Below, piece by piece: positions 51,001 through 61,678 of a DNA stretch of 64,000 bases. The position numbers and the translations under genes are program-made. Source of the DNA: Antedon mediterranea (taxonomy: Eukaryota > Animalia > Echinodermata); contig NC_092678.1 of the NCBI RefSeq assembly GCF_964355755.1, positions 8,200,422-8,264,421 of the forward strand, written 5' to 3'. The notes under the pieces were generated by a model. It ran no database searches. It saw only the letters and a program-made list of their open reading frames with translations, and was not told the DNA's origin. Position 1 is the stretch's first letter; each line of letters begins with the position of its first letter.

Positions 51001-54000
51001 CCGGCTTTGGTACCATGATATAAGGAGAGGACCAGGGACTGTGAGACTCTTCTATAACCCCAAGTTCCAACATAGATTCTATCTCTTCTTTTACTTTGCC
51101 TAACTTAGCCTGAGGAATTGGATAAGCTCTTATTAATCTAACTGGGTGTACCCCTAGGTTCATTTCAATATCATGCTTTATTACAGTAGTTTTTTTTTTG
51201 GCTTATCCTGTAACACTGAGTCAAATTCAGAAAACACCTCCGCTAAATCTGAAAGCTGAGATTCATCTAATCCTTCACCAGAATCTAAGGTTAAATTGGA
51301 ACTAGAAATATTTGACCAAGAAATGTCCTTATCCTGACCCTCGTCTTGTCCAGTTACATTATTTATAGCCAGCATAGCCTCAATGGTTCTACGATGAAAT
51401 TGTTTTAAAAGATTTATGTGGTAGACTTTTGACTTTTTCCGTTTATCATTAGTTTCCACCTCATAGTTTACTGGACCTAGTTTCCTTAAAACCTTGTAAG
51501 GACCTTGCCATTTTGCCTCTAATGCATCGTTACTAGATGGTAAGAGTAATAGGACTTCATCACCTGGACTAAATTCTCTACAAACAGATTTCTGATCATA
51601 TTTTTGTTTTTGCCTTGTTTGGGATAGTTCAATGTTTTCCTGGACTAGATCTTTCATTGAAGTTAACCTATCTCTCATTTTAACAACGTGGGAAACCACA
51701 CTTTGAGGACCTGTCACCGTGCCTGTCCACATTTCTTTCATTATATCAAGTGGACCTCGTACCTTCCAACCATACAATAATTCAAATGGAGAGAACCCAG
51801 TTGACTCCTGCGGTACCTCCCTATAAGCAAATAATAGGTACGGAAGCAATTTATCCCATTCTCGGGGATCATCCTGAACAAATTTTCTAATCATAGCCTT
51901 AAGGGTGCCATTAAATCTTTCCACTAATCCATCGGTTTGTGGATGGTAGGGAGAAGTAGTCAAGCCCTTAATTGAAAGTAACTTATAAATTTGACTCAAC
52001 AACTTAGAGGTAAAGTTAGAACCTTGATCGGTTAAAATTTCTGTTGGTACCCCTACCCTGGAAAATAATTTAATCAACTCATCCGCTATCTTTGGAGCTT
52101 CAATACTTCTCAGTGGGATAGCCTCCGGATATCGAGTTGCATAATCACATATAACCAAGACATATTTATTTCCTGTCTTACTCCGTGCTAGTGGACCAAC
52201 AATGTCCATAGCGATTCGGCGGAATGGTTCACTGATTATTGGCATAGGAATCATCGGGGCCTTCAATTTAGTTTTATACTTTGAAGTTTTCTGGCAATTT
52301 TCACAAGTGTTGCAATATTCGGTCACATCCTTTCTAATACCAGGCCAAAAGAATCTCTGCTTTATCCTATCTAATGTCTTTTTCCTACCTAAATGACCTG
52401 CCAAAGGAATATCATGTGAGACTAATTGCTCTATTGGTTCTATCTGGTGTTTAGTGAAAACCAGCCTAAATAAAATTCCATCCTTACAGACTATCTTTAT
52501 AGTGTCATCATCCTTCTGTACTAACATCTGTTCTCGAAGTGAAATTAAAGTTCTATCCTTAACCTGATAATCCTTAATTTTATCTCTGCCAATATCTAAA
52601 ATGTCTAATTCACTATCTTGGCTAGATTGAGCTTCCTTTGTTTTTGCAAACTCTTTCCTAACTTTTCGTTTCTCACTTCTGGTTTTATGAACTTTTTCCT
52701 TGGGAGGGTTGTCACTGAGTATTTGGCCATCTAAATGTCCAAATTCTTCTTGAAAATTAACCACATCATCTAACTGATGTGAAATAACCCCAGAAGCTTT
52801 TTCCGACTTTAATTCGTTTTCCTCTCTTAGTTTTTCTTTTCTAGCATGATCTCTAGTGGCAACAAAACTATGCCTATCATGATTCTTATCCCCCTTCCCT
52901 AATAAGTCTCTAAATTTAGGAAAGTCCCTACCAAGAATTACATCTCTTGGTAAATCGCTGCAAACGCCAACCAACAAATTATGGTCTTCGTTATTAACCT
53001 TAATATTGACGAATGCAGTAGGATAGGCTTGGACATGGTCATGGACGCACCTGCATGTAATTTTAGCTTGCTCCGCGCGATTAATTTTCTTAGCCGCTAC
53101 TAAATCAGAATGAACAAGTGTCATATCACATCCAGAGTCTATCAAAATTTCACAATCACATCCTTCAACTAGGCCTCTACAAATGTAAGGTGTACATGGT
53201 TTTGAAACAGTATCTGTTTTTGTCGACAAAAAGCCATCCTTACTTCGACAAAATCGTTCTATGTGGCCTACTTTTTTGCACCGTCTACAAACGAGAGGTT
53301 GTCTAGCATCAGATTGTGATTTATGAAAGTTATCAGGGGGATTATTATTACCCTTACTGTCAACTTCAGGAGTGCCTTTCACTGTTTTCTCCTGGTTGTT
53401 TCTATTTTCGTGTTTTCTATTTTGAAACTTTTTCTCAAAATCGATACCTTTTCTAGCTTGAAAATAATTATCTGCTAATTCCGCAGCATTTAATCCCGAA
53501 TCTGGTTTATGTTCTTTAACCCAAATTTGTACCCCTGTGGGCATAATATCTATCAATTGCTCTAAAATAACAATTTCAGCTAAATCATCTTTGCTTTTAT
53601 CAGCAGGCCTAGCCCACTTAGTAAATAAATCTTTTAACCTAACATACATTTCTCTATAACTTTCTTCACTTTTCTTTTTAATTGACCTAAACCTTTGCCT
53701 ATATGTCTCTTCAGTTATGTCATACCTTTGTAATATTGCTTTCTTCACTATGTCGTACTGGTTACTTTCTGTCACTGGTAGTGATGCATAGGCTGCTCTT
53801 GCTTTGCCTGTCAAATGAGGTATTAGTTTTACTACCCAGTGTTCTTTTCGCCACTCATAGGTGTTAGCAATACGTTCAAACGTAGTGAGATAATTTTCAA
53901 TATCATCACTATCAGAAAGCTTTGCAATCTGAACTTCCTTCAATCTCATTATGTCTTTTAATCGTTTCTCCTCACTGTCCTTTTGCTTGTCCATTAACGC

Positions 54001-57000
54001 CATTACTAATGCTTGCTGTTTCTCCATATCTTCCCTACGTAAACGTTCTTGTCTTTCCATATCTTCTTTGCGTAAACGTTCTTGTTTCTCTATATCTTCC
54101 CGACGTCTTTCATTATCTTCTTGACGTGAACGTTCTTGTTGTTTCATCATCTGCTGCATCATAATATTCTGCTGTTGCATTTGCTGCTGCATCAACAACA
54201 AAAAATCTTTTGAAAATGAGTCAGCCCCTGTAGGGTTATGTCCACTGGTTGGTCCAGACTCTTCTGCCTGTTGTTCAGGTTGAATTGATTGAACTGATTC
54301 TACATCCGAATCAGTTTCATCGCCGCCGCTGTATTCTCTACCGGATCTTGTTGTTGATTGTTTATCAGCCATTTTTTAAATCTGGATGAGGGTCTTGTTA
54401 CTAGTTAATCGTAGTTACCGAGACGTTCACAAGTCTACTGTTCCAAATAAATAATGTACTGTTCTTAAAACAATGTTTGTGTACTTACGATTAAACAAAA
54501 CGTAGCACCACGGCTTCCGTAAAATATCTCAGTATCGTAAGTACCACTTCCTCAAAATATCAATAAAAGTACAGTTGATCCTAAACAGCCACCAATCTAT
54601 GGCAAAATACAGTAGATCAAACTGCTACCACAAAATATCACAACAGTACTGTAGATAAATACACAGTTAAGTCGAACAGTAGATCGAAATAACCGCTGCC
54701 ACCAAATTATGTCACGAACTCCTCTCACGTATGTTTCCGAGCGGTTGAAAATACTTTAGGAACTCCCTTGTGACATAAAAGTATACACACAAAATCCACA
54801 AAGTTGTAAAATAACTCAAAAACAAAGCTTTAATTTCAATCAACTTCAACTTTCAACAATCCAGTAAGCACTTTAAACAACAGTTTCACAATAACTTTAC
54901 AATATAATATCCAACCTCTAATCCAACCTCTAATCCAACAACCTTACAATAGTTTACAACCCTTTATATACAAGATGCTCCTATCCTTCTAGATCATTCT
55001 TTATACTTCTCATTATTACATGATTACAGTTTCTATTAATAGCACTTCTGGAATGTTCTTGATTGTTCTTATTAATTATACATGGTTTAAATCAAAACAT
55101 CTTATTCTAGAATGATCATGTAAATACTATGTTACTCTATATGTTAGGGAATGGTAATTTATTACACCTGCCCATCTCCATTTCAGTTCTTTGATCTTTA
55201 CCATGATTTCTTTGACTTTTGTTCTTTTCCGTATCTCACTATGCTTTACTCTGTCTCGTATTGATAGATTTACCATTTTTCTTTCCATCGCTCTTTGTGT
55301 TGTTATCAATTTTTGTTCCATCTCTTTCGTTGTTGCCCATGTCTCTGCCCCATAAACTATAGTTGTTAAAACACGTTGATTGTACACCCTGCTTCTTAGT
55401 GACATGGGAATGTCTTGGTCGGTCAGGATATGCTTGTGCACCCCGAAGCTTCTCCAACCTGCTTTTACACGTGTTAATATCTCCTCTTCTTTGGTGTTGA
55501 CCATTTTCAAGGTCTTCCCCAGTTATTTTTATTTGTCAACTTTCTCAATCTGGTGATTGTCTTTTGTTATTGTCTCTTGAGTCGAGAAGTTGGTCATAAA
55601 TTTAGTCTTTCCTTTGTGCATTTGTAGGCCAACCTTTTTACTTTCTTTGTTCAGGCGATTGAGCTGTTCTCCCATGTCCTTAACAGTTGTAGTTGTTAAA
55701 GCTACATCATCAGCAAATCTGAGGTCTGTTAGCATCTCTCCGTTTACGTTGATACCCTTTTCTTCAAGTTCTGCTTTTTTGAAGATATCTTCAACTGCTG
55801 CTGTGAAGATCTTTGGAGATATCGTGTCACCCTGCCTCACACCTCTCTTTATTTTGATGGCATTAGAGATGTCTTTATCGATGTGTATTTTGGCGGTTGC
55901 ATTTGTGTAGATATCTTCCAAGATGGCAGATGTTTTACTGCTCAATTAAATCACAATAATCGGATGCTGTCTACCTGTGCTTTATAATTATACCATACAA
56001 ATGAAATAGGTTTACATATTTATAAATATGTTTAAATATGTTTATATAAGTATTCAATCCGGGCGTCGTCATTTTCTCTCAATAATTGAGATTGATTTTT
56101 TAGATAATCAGAACACAAAATATCCACAAAAGAACCAAATAAAGATTGTGTACAATAACAATAGATGATCTTTTGAGAAACTAATTGTTTCGTCGATGAT
56201 GGAGTAATTGCTAAACATGTTGAATATGCGCGATACTACTAATTCTCAACATTAGTGTTTGTGGCAACATTATTAGAGTTTAAAGATTGTTTGACTTCAT
56301 GATCCTAATTACAGAGTCATATCCTCATAAATTAAATATAAATATTAATACTCCGTATGCATTTTCTGTTTTTCTTACCATCTGAAAGACTCAGAAAGAA
56401 GATCACAATGACAAATTTTATTTTATTTTCTCAGCCTTAACAATCAATCAATTCACGCAGTTGGAATGTATTGTGGCCGATTGGTTTGACAAATTTTGCC
56501 CAATCACGATGATTAAAGTTTTGTACGAAGACTTGGTGCCAGAAAAATTGAAACTAGAGAAAGCTTCATCAATGATGGACTTGTTAAACCTGCTGCATAC
56601 TCATCAACAACTGGATCACAATAATCCCACTGTTCTGTATGATACTATAACTATAACAAAACAGAAAGGCATTTGGGACCGAATACAACGAGAACCCGAA
56701 TTAGCAATGTTACAACCAATATCAGAAGAAAGAGTTTTGATATTCAGTGAATACAGACAGAAGGTAATAAGGCTTGGCTATAATATGTCACCTATTGATA
56801 CAGCAACGATAAGCAAGGTTTATAAAGAAACTATGTTTAAACCCTATGAAGATAGCTGGAGTTTGATAATGGACCTTGAACGTAACAAGTTCCTCTCGAA
56901 AAAAAACATGGACAAATTCGTTAAGATGTTACAGAAAAATGGAGTTAACCATGTAATAAATGCTCTAAATTATGTTGATAACAGTAAGTAGTTTATTTAC

Positions 57001-57503
57001 CAGCATTTCAGATTTGATATTGTTACTTCAGGATTTGTGTTCAAAATATTTAAACAGAATTTCAGTTTTTGAAAACTATAGCAAACTACAGGTAGATTAA
57101 GTCCATTTTAAATGTTGATATGATTCTGTCGCAAGCAGTTTCATGGTCATCATACACGTGACGTTTACAATAGTCTTACTAACCTTTTTGGCAGCTACGC
57201 CTACGATACTCGAGATTGGCGTGGTCATACGTTATAATTTTATTTGAACATGAAGCTTCAGATGTCAAAATCAAAACGTCCCGTGACTTTTTTAAAGTAG
57301 CCTACAGCTGTTTAGAATTTCATATTTCATGCTCATTAAATTACATATTACAATAGGTATTTTTCTGTCTATGGATACTGTTATCTGAACTAAAAGAACG
57401 ATGATTGTCTTGATTTCAGATGTGATTATTCAAACCCCTTTAACAGCAAAAAAGAAAGAAAAAATCATAGACTCAAAATTCGAACCACTGACAAAGAGAG
57501 AAG
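48004..57503 (+). CDS. Death-effector-domain (DED)-like repeat protein, 5' part; continues beyond the last identified exon
   Basis: Exons 48004-48532, 56435-56983 and 57420-57503 have AG/GT boundaries, all phase 1. Exon 1: LRFLLFDYL..YDLFNKLEKNGHIESTDISLLLEITELLG, then LSSYRKRLF..IWDVVLQLE. Exon 2 is paralogous: MMDLLNLLHTHQQLDHNNPTVLYDTI, FSEYRQKV..WSLIMDLERNKFL. Probable upstream non-coding exon ends at 47584. Confidence 0.72.
48953..49187 (-). mobile_element. RTE-clade LINE, 3' end, split from its 5' part by the LTR insertion
   Basis: AGHIARRDDNRWTKRLNEWQPRTGRRRRGRQKRRWRDDI..WKQLEKAFTQQW; (ATGAG)n tail at 48953-48973. Confidence 0.85.
49877..51163 (-). CDS. Reverse transcriptase and RNase H
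   Basis: SPWSSP, RFCVNYKKVN, LDLCKGYWQV, PFGLHGAPATFQR, YMDD, QTDASDRGLGAVL, EKECLAIKWA, NADGLSR; lies in the -1 frame relative to the upstream ORF. Confidence 0.93.
   Translation of the reverse strand: MNLGVHPVRLIRAYPIPQAKLGKVKEEIESMLELGVIEESHSPWSSPYIMVPKPDGTARFCVNYKKVNSLSKFDAYPMPRIDEIIGRVGPAKFITKLDLCKGYWQVPLTERSKPYTAFSTPMGLYQFKYLPFGLHGAPATFQRMMDQLLRKKESYAAAYMDDLVIFSPDWESHIHHLRDIFRTLKQANLTVKPAKCSFAHSKVHYLGYVVGEGMIRPQKTKVEAVVQWEKPKTKKDVKSFLGLTGYYRKFIPNYADIAAPLTDLTGKKHPDKIKWTPECEDALVKLKQALCSDPVLRNPDFNAEFILQTDASDRGLGAVLSQLGPDGTDHPVLYLSRKMFPREQNYATIEKECLAIKWAVESLRYYLLGRKFKIVTDHQPLKWLVEMKETNKRLTRWSLDLQPYCFTVVHRRGISNGNADGLSRKPLT
51181..54372 (-). CDS. Gag (SCAN-like capsid, CCHC knuckle), protease and integrase
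   Basis: YLTTFERIA..W..LTGKARAAY, ETYRQRFR, ILEQL..WVKEHKP, CRRCKKVGHIERFC, LIDSGC, HDIPLAGHLG..CENC, AMDIVGPL, TDQGSNF, YHPQTDGLVERFNGTLK, WQGPY. Confidence 0.93.
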   Translation of the reverse strand: MADKQSTTRSGREYSGGDETDSDVESVQSIQPEQQAEESGPTSGHNPTGADSFSKDFLLLMQQQMQQQNIMMQQMMKQQERSRQEDNERRREDIEKQERLRKEDMERQERLRREDMEKQQALVMALMDKQKDSEEKRLKDIMRLKEVQIAKLSDSDDIENYLTTFERIANTYEWRKEHWVVKLIPHLTGKARAAYASLPVTESNQYDIVKKAILQRYDITEETYRQRFRSIKKKSEESYREMYVRLKDLFTKWARPADKSKDDLAEIVILEQLIDIMPTGVQIWVKEHKPDSGLNAAELADNYFQARKGIDFEKKFQNRKHENRNNQEKTVKGTPEVDSKGNNNPPDNFHKSQSDARQPLVCRRCKKVGHIERFCRSKDGFLSTKTDTVSKPCTPYICRGLVEGCDCEILIDSGCDMTLVHSDLVAAKKINRAEQAKITCRCVHDHVQAYPTAFVNIKVNNEDHNLLVGVCSDLPRDVILGRDFPKFRDLLGKGDKNHDRHSFVATRDHARKEKLREENELKSEKASGVISHQLDDVVNFQEEFGHLDGQILSDNPPKEKVHKTRSEKRKVRKEFAKTKEAQSSQDSELDILDIGRDKIKDYQVKDRTLISLREQMLVQKDDDTIKIVCKDGILFRLVFTKHQIEPIEQLVSHDIPLAGHLGRKKTLDRIKQRFFWPGIRKDVTEYCNTCENCQKTSKYKTKLKAPMIPMPIISEPFRRIAMDIVGPLARSKTGNKYVLVICDYATRYPEAIPLRSIEAPKIADELIKLFSRVGVPTEILTDQGSNFTSKLLSQIYKLLSIKGLTTSPYHPQTDGLVERFNGTLKAMIRKFVQDDPREWDKLLPYLLFAYREVPQESTGFSPFELLYGWKVRGPLDIMKEMWTGTVTGPQSVVSHVVKMRDRLTSMKDLVQENIELSQTRQKQKYDQKSVCREFSPGDEVLLLLPSSNDALEAKWQGPYKVLRKLGPVNYEVETNDKRKKSKVYHINLLKQFHRRTIEAMLAINNVTGQDEGQDKDISWSNISSSNLTLDSGEGLDESQLSDLAEVFSEFDSVLQDKPKKKLL
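55172..55945 (-). mobile_element. RTE-clade LINE, 5'-truncated RT portion
   Basis: GVRQGDTISPKIF, LRFADD, RVKAGWRSF, YGAETW, QRAMERKM, LKWRWAG; rejoins 49187 (WAG|HIAR) across the TSD; one frame disruption. Confidence 0.88.
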
Positions 57504-57849
57504 GTATTAATTATAATTTTCACTAGATTTTTTCACAGGTACAGTACTATATATTACTAAAAAGAACTTACACCGTACCGAAAATTATTGGACAGTAAAT
57601 AAACTCATGTAAAGTAAATGGTGGACAGTAAAATATTTTACAATTATAACTGGGCAATCAATTCAGATAATAGGCCTGCGTTTGTTGGTAAGTGGGAAAC
57701 CAGCACAGTATATAATATTATTTATTTTTTGTTTATTTGGAATTAGATCAACTTAACATTTGGATCGCTGTTTCCACATTCCTTTTAGGCCTAATACTAT
57801 TAGGCTGGAGACAAGAAGTAACAACAGGTAACTATTAACCTAGTTTCAT

Positions 57850-58570
57850 AATTTGTAATTTATGACACCTCGTAAAATGGCGAGCACTGGTCATTAAGTC
57901 GGTTTACAAATGAGTCCTCCAATATTCTATTTCAGCTATTGTTAAAAATGTCCAGCTAAACTTAACCACATGAAACTCTTAGAATGTATGAAACCCTTTG
58001 CTATTGTGTCCCTAATATGCCAAGAGCCCATAACATATGATTTCACCCCATACCACCCAGAAGGTTTGACCCCTTAATGTTGTTAATACTACCAATAACA
58101 ATAAAACAAATTTGTCAGCCTAACTTTGGGTTTTGTATATAGTCTCGAAACCCTTTGAAAACCTCCCAAAACGGTTTATTTCACCCCATCTTACCCATGG
58201 ACCAAAATTTGAAACATAGAAGTGTGTGAGAACATAAAAAAAATTTAAAAAATGACAAAATATCAGGTCGAAAAGGTCATGTTAACCCCCCTTATAGTTA
58301 ACCGCTGCCAACACGTTAATTTCACCCCATATTACCAATGAACTACATTTTGTCAAAACATAGTGGTATCTGAGTAAAATAAATAAAAACTGACAAAATA
58401 TGATGTCGGAAAGGTCATGTTAGACCCCCTTAAGGTGACCCCTTCACGTTAATTTCAACCCACGTCATCCATGCCAAATCGTTACAACATAGTATAGTAC
58501 GTATCACATACCAAAAAGTCAGAAACTGACAAAATACCAGGTTGTAAAGGTCATTTCAGAGCATCTTACA
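57850..58570. repeat. Unclassified repetitive element with diverged ~120-140 bp internal repeats
   Basis: Recurring TTTCACCCCAT, TGACAAAATA and AAAGGTCATGTTA..CCCC motifs; a partly inverted relative lies near 59700-59830. Confidence 0.4.
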
Positions 58571-60047
58571 GTTCTATTCCTTTCTACCTTGGCACATCTC
58601 CCTCCCCCCACCACGTGCCTTATTCAATTTCATTACTATTTTACACATGAATACTTTTTGGTGTTTAATCATTCAATCAATCCTTTTCAACCTATAGAAT
58701 TTCTATACGGAATTTTCGTAATAATTGTTTTTCTATATTTTTTACATTTTAGTTCAATTTAATTTAATTTATCATTTTCAATTTTGTTTTAACTTTGTGA
58801 AATAACGTAGTCTTCAGTATGATCTATCGATATGGTGTTTTCAATTAACTTTTGTTGTTCAATGTCTTGTAATCATAGGCCTACTTTAAATGAATTTTCT
58901 TGTAGCCCTAAACCAAACTAAACTAAACATTAAAATGTTTAATCTGACAAACTACAACTGGAATATCCAGTCCTCATGTGTGCCCTTTCTCTGCACAAAG
59001 ACAGTCAAAGTCGGACTCACCAGTTTACTACCAACCAGGTGTTTGACAGCAAGATGACAAACGATGTGAACAAGCAGTAACGGTACCAAGAGACAATATT
59101 TCCAAGATGATTCAAACTCTACATGAAATTCTAGCTAAGCTACTACACAGTACAAGGAAATGTTATATATATGCCAGTTTAGTTATATACAGTATACTGT
59201 AGTTCTGTGCAGACCACAGAAGAATGCAAAAACATCACAATCAAATCACTGATGTTCATTTTCAAAGAACTAAAAATGCAGTTATACTTCAATCAATCTT
59301 CAAAACTCTCTAAACCTTTTCAAACATCCTATTTCAAGACAGATCAAATGAGATGAAACTATGGAAGCAAGCAACGGAGAATTAAACATATTTGCAATGA
59401 TACTGTTTTTCCAGCAACATCTAGCTTTGCTCTTATGGTCATCCACACCAGCATTTGTTATGAAACTTTATTAGGAATGTTGATATGGTGAATAAATCGA
59501 TACTTAAAAATACCAAACACCTATGTGTTGGCTGCAGAAATTATGAACCATTTGGGTTACTGTGTGAAAAGAAATTGCGCATAGAAAGAAAAAAGGATCC
59601 GAAAATCAAAAGAATTGTAGTCAGCAGAATGTAGTACCGATTTTATTTTCAATTCCTATACATAAAAATAAATCATACGGAATGTGTGAGTGGGAGGGGA
59701 TTTAGGTGTTTTAACGTAACCTTTCCGCCCAGATGTTTTGTCAGTTGTTATTTTTTGTTATGTGGGCCTACACTATAATGTTTGTACAAATGTTAGTTCA
59801 TGGGTGAGATGGGGGTAATATTAACTTGTTTGGGAGGTGTAACTTTAAAGGTCAGGTGCGGGCAAAAAATTTCTATTGATCATACATTCCAATAATTATC
59901 GATCTATACTTTCCCCTATGTTTCATCATTTTTGTGATTTTATTTGTGTTACAAGAGCTTGTTGAAAATAGGCACTTTCTTATCAGTGGGGGGATAGTTC
60001 AAATTACACAGTAATTTTTGTACAAACATTTTCTAAATGGAGAGGCT

Positions 60048-61402
60048 TCTATATATAAATTTACGCAGACCAAAAATCGGTAAATCGCGCTTTACTTCTC
60101 GATGGTATATAAAGTTGGTTCGTACCTTCGGTACTGATTTTAGCCACCTGATATATCCCTATTTACTAATTAAATTGAGTTAGATAATTAGTTATTAACA
60201 ATTAAAACGAATTTAGGTTAAACGATTTTCCCCAGATAGGGTGTTTTCCGATCGTGGTATACATTGTCTAATGCATGTCCATCTTGAAAAATACCCGCAC
60301 ACAATAATACGAGGATGCTTCGCATTTTCCTATCTCATCCTACGATAATTGTTTTTAATGGCTGAAAACCGGTTGGGCAGCTTTAGTACAGCATCATAAT
60401 GTTGAAGGTAAGGTAGGCCGATTTTCTTTAAAAAATACTATTTTGATAGATTTAATATACGTTTATAAAAAGGAATTGATTTTCAATGAATGGAACATTC
60501 CAAATTATTTGGTTTAACCATGCTTGCATACCTCCATGGTTTAACACAAATAGGTAAATTTATGGGTCCTTTGAGAATAAACATAAATAGTATTGTAATG
60601 CTATACAATACAATACTGTAAATAGGTATTAACCACTTTTGATCGCGTGTGTTGGTACTGTTAGATATAATATAAACAAATATACGAATAAACTTTATTA
60701 CTGTGAGTGTGGGTAGCCCCTACTTTTAGATTATAAACATATAATAATATAATACCTTATTACTGATAGTTGTGTCTCAATGTTGTATTAATTAATAATT
60801 ACAAAAAAAATAGAAACATCGTAGTGGTCGTTACATGTACTTTAGTATTTCAATCGACTATGACAGGGACAGTTTTAACAAAGTATTAAATCGGAAATGT
60901 TTTACTTTATTTGGTGGTATATTATTACAGGCCTAAAAGAAAAAAAAATTCGTTACTGAGTGGATAGTAAAGAAATACTGTATAAGGAATAATTTAATAT
61001 AAAGAATATACTGTATTAAACAAGGCCAACAGTCATTAAGTCGCGTGCTACAATTCATAGTGATACCGGACCAACAGACAGACCGACAGACAGACAGACA
61101 GACCGACCGACATAGTGAACTATAGAGTCGCGTCCACGCGACTAAAAATGAGTTTGTTTAAATGAGTCCTTTTGTGACAAGTTTCTTTTTCGGAAGTAAT
61201 TCCCAGAGTGCTCATTTTGATTGACTACAAAAATCATTGTGTCTATTTATTCATTTGTTTCTGTAAACGACAATGTTTTATAGTCCTGCGGTACGTACAT
61301 TTGAAATCGCTAGTTATGTTTACGCTGAAATTACAATGTATTCGAGAACCATCTTTGGGCACGACCTAGATAGTACGCGAGCGAAGCGAGCGTACCATCT
61401 AG
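60048..61402 (+). mobile_element. Non-autonomous Helitron, copy 3 (same family)
   Basis: T|TCTATATATAAATTTACG start, same internal sequence and GCGAGCGAAGCGAGCGTACCATCTAG|T end. Confidence 0.85.
61017..61148 (-). mobile_element. Short Helentron-associated (HINE/DINE-1-like) element nested in Helitron copy 3
   Basis: T-run, palindrome AGTCGCGTCCACGCGACT (61126-61143), (GACA/GACC)n microsatellite and a second AGTCGCGTG near 61039; absent from copies 1 and 2. Confidence 0.55.
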
Positions 61403-61678
61403 TTTTGAAAAGCTATAAAAAATAAACGGTGTGGGAAAAAATGTTATCACATGACTAAATATAGGTAATATAAATTTAACTTTTCTGGTATTTTTATTCA
61501 ACTTCAGATTTTTATTTTCATGCTATAGAAAAAATTATCCACCGTATATCCACCATCTTTTTTCACCTTTTTGAGAGTCACCACACATGTTATTACATTA
61601 GGTTAAACTACCTAACTACTGAAAAAAAGTCTTCTCGATTTTTATGGCATAATTTTAAAAATATTTGATGTATGTACA

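Larger units (their letters stand above)
49193..55166 (-). mobile_element. Full-length Gmr1-type Ty3/gypsy LTR retrotransposon, very recent
   Basis: 457-bp LTRs 49193-49649 and 54710-55166 (TG..CA; no difference found by eye); 5-bp TSD CCTGC; PBS TGGTGGCAGCGG (tRNA-Leu-type) at about 54693-54704; PPT AGAGGGGGGAG at 49650-49660; domain order gag-PR-IN-RT-RH. Confidence 0.96.

Noticed and set aside
54693-54704. tRNA gene fragment (also 62081-62092)
   Set aside because: Only a 12-nt complement of a tRNA 3' end next to an LTR, i.e. a primer-binding site
56103-56170. Extra DED-gene exon after a TTTTTTAG acceptor
   Set aside because: No phase-compatible donor before an in-frame stop
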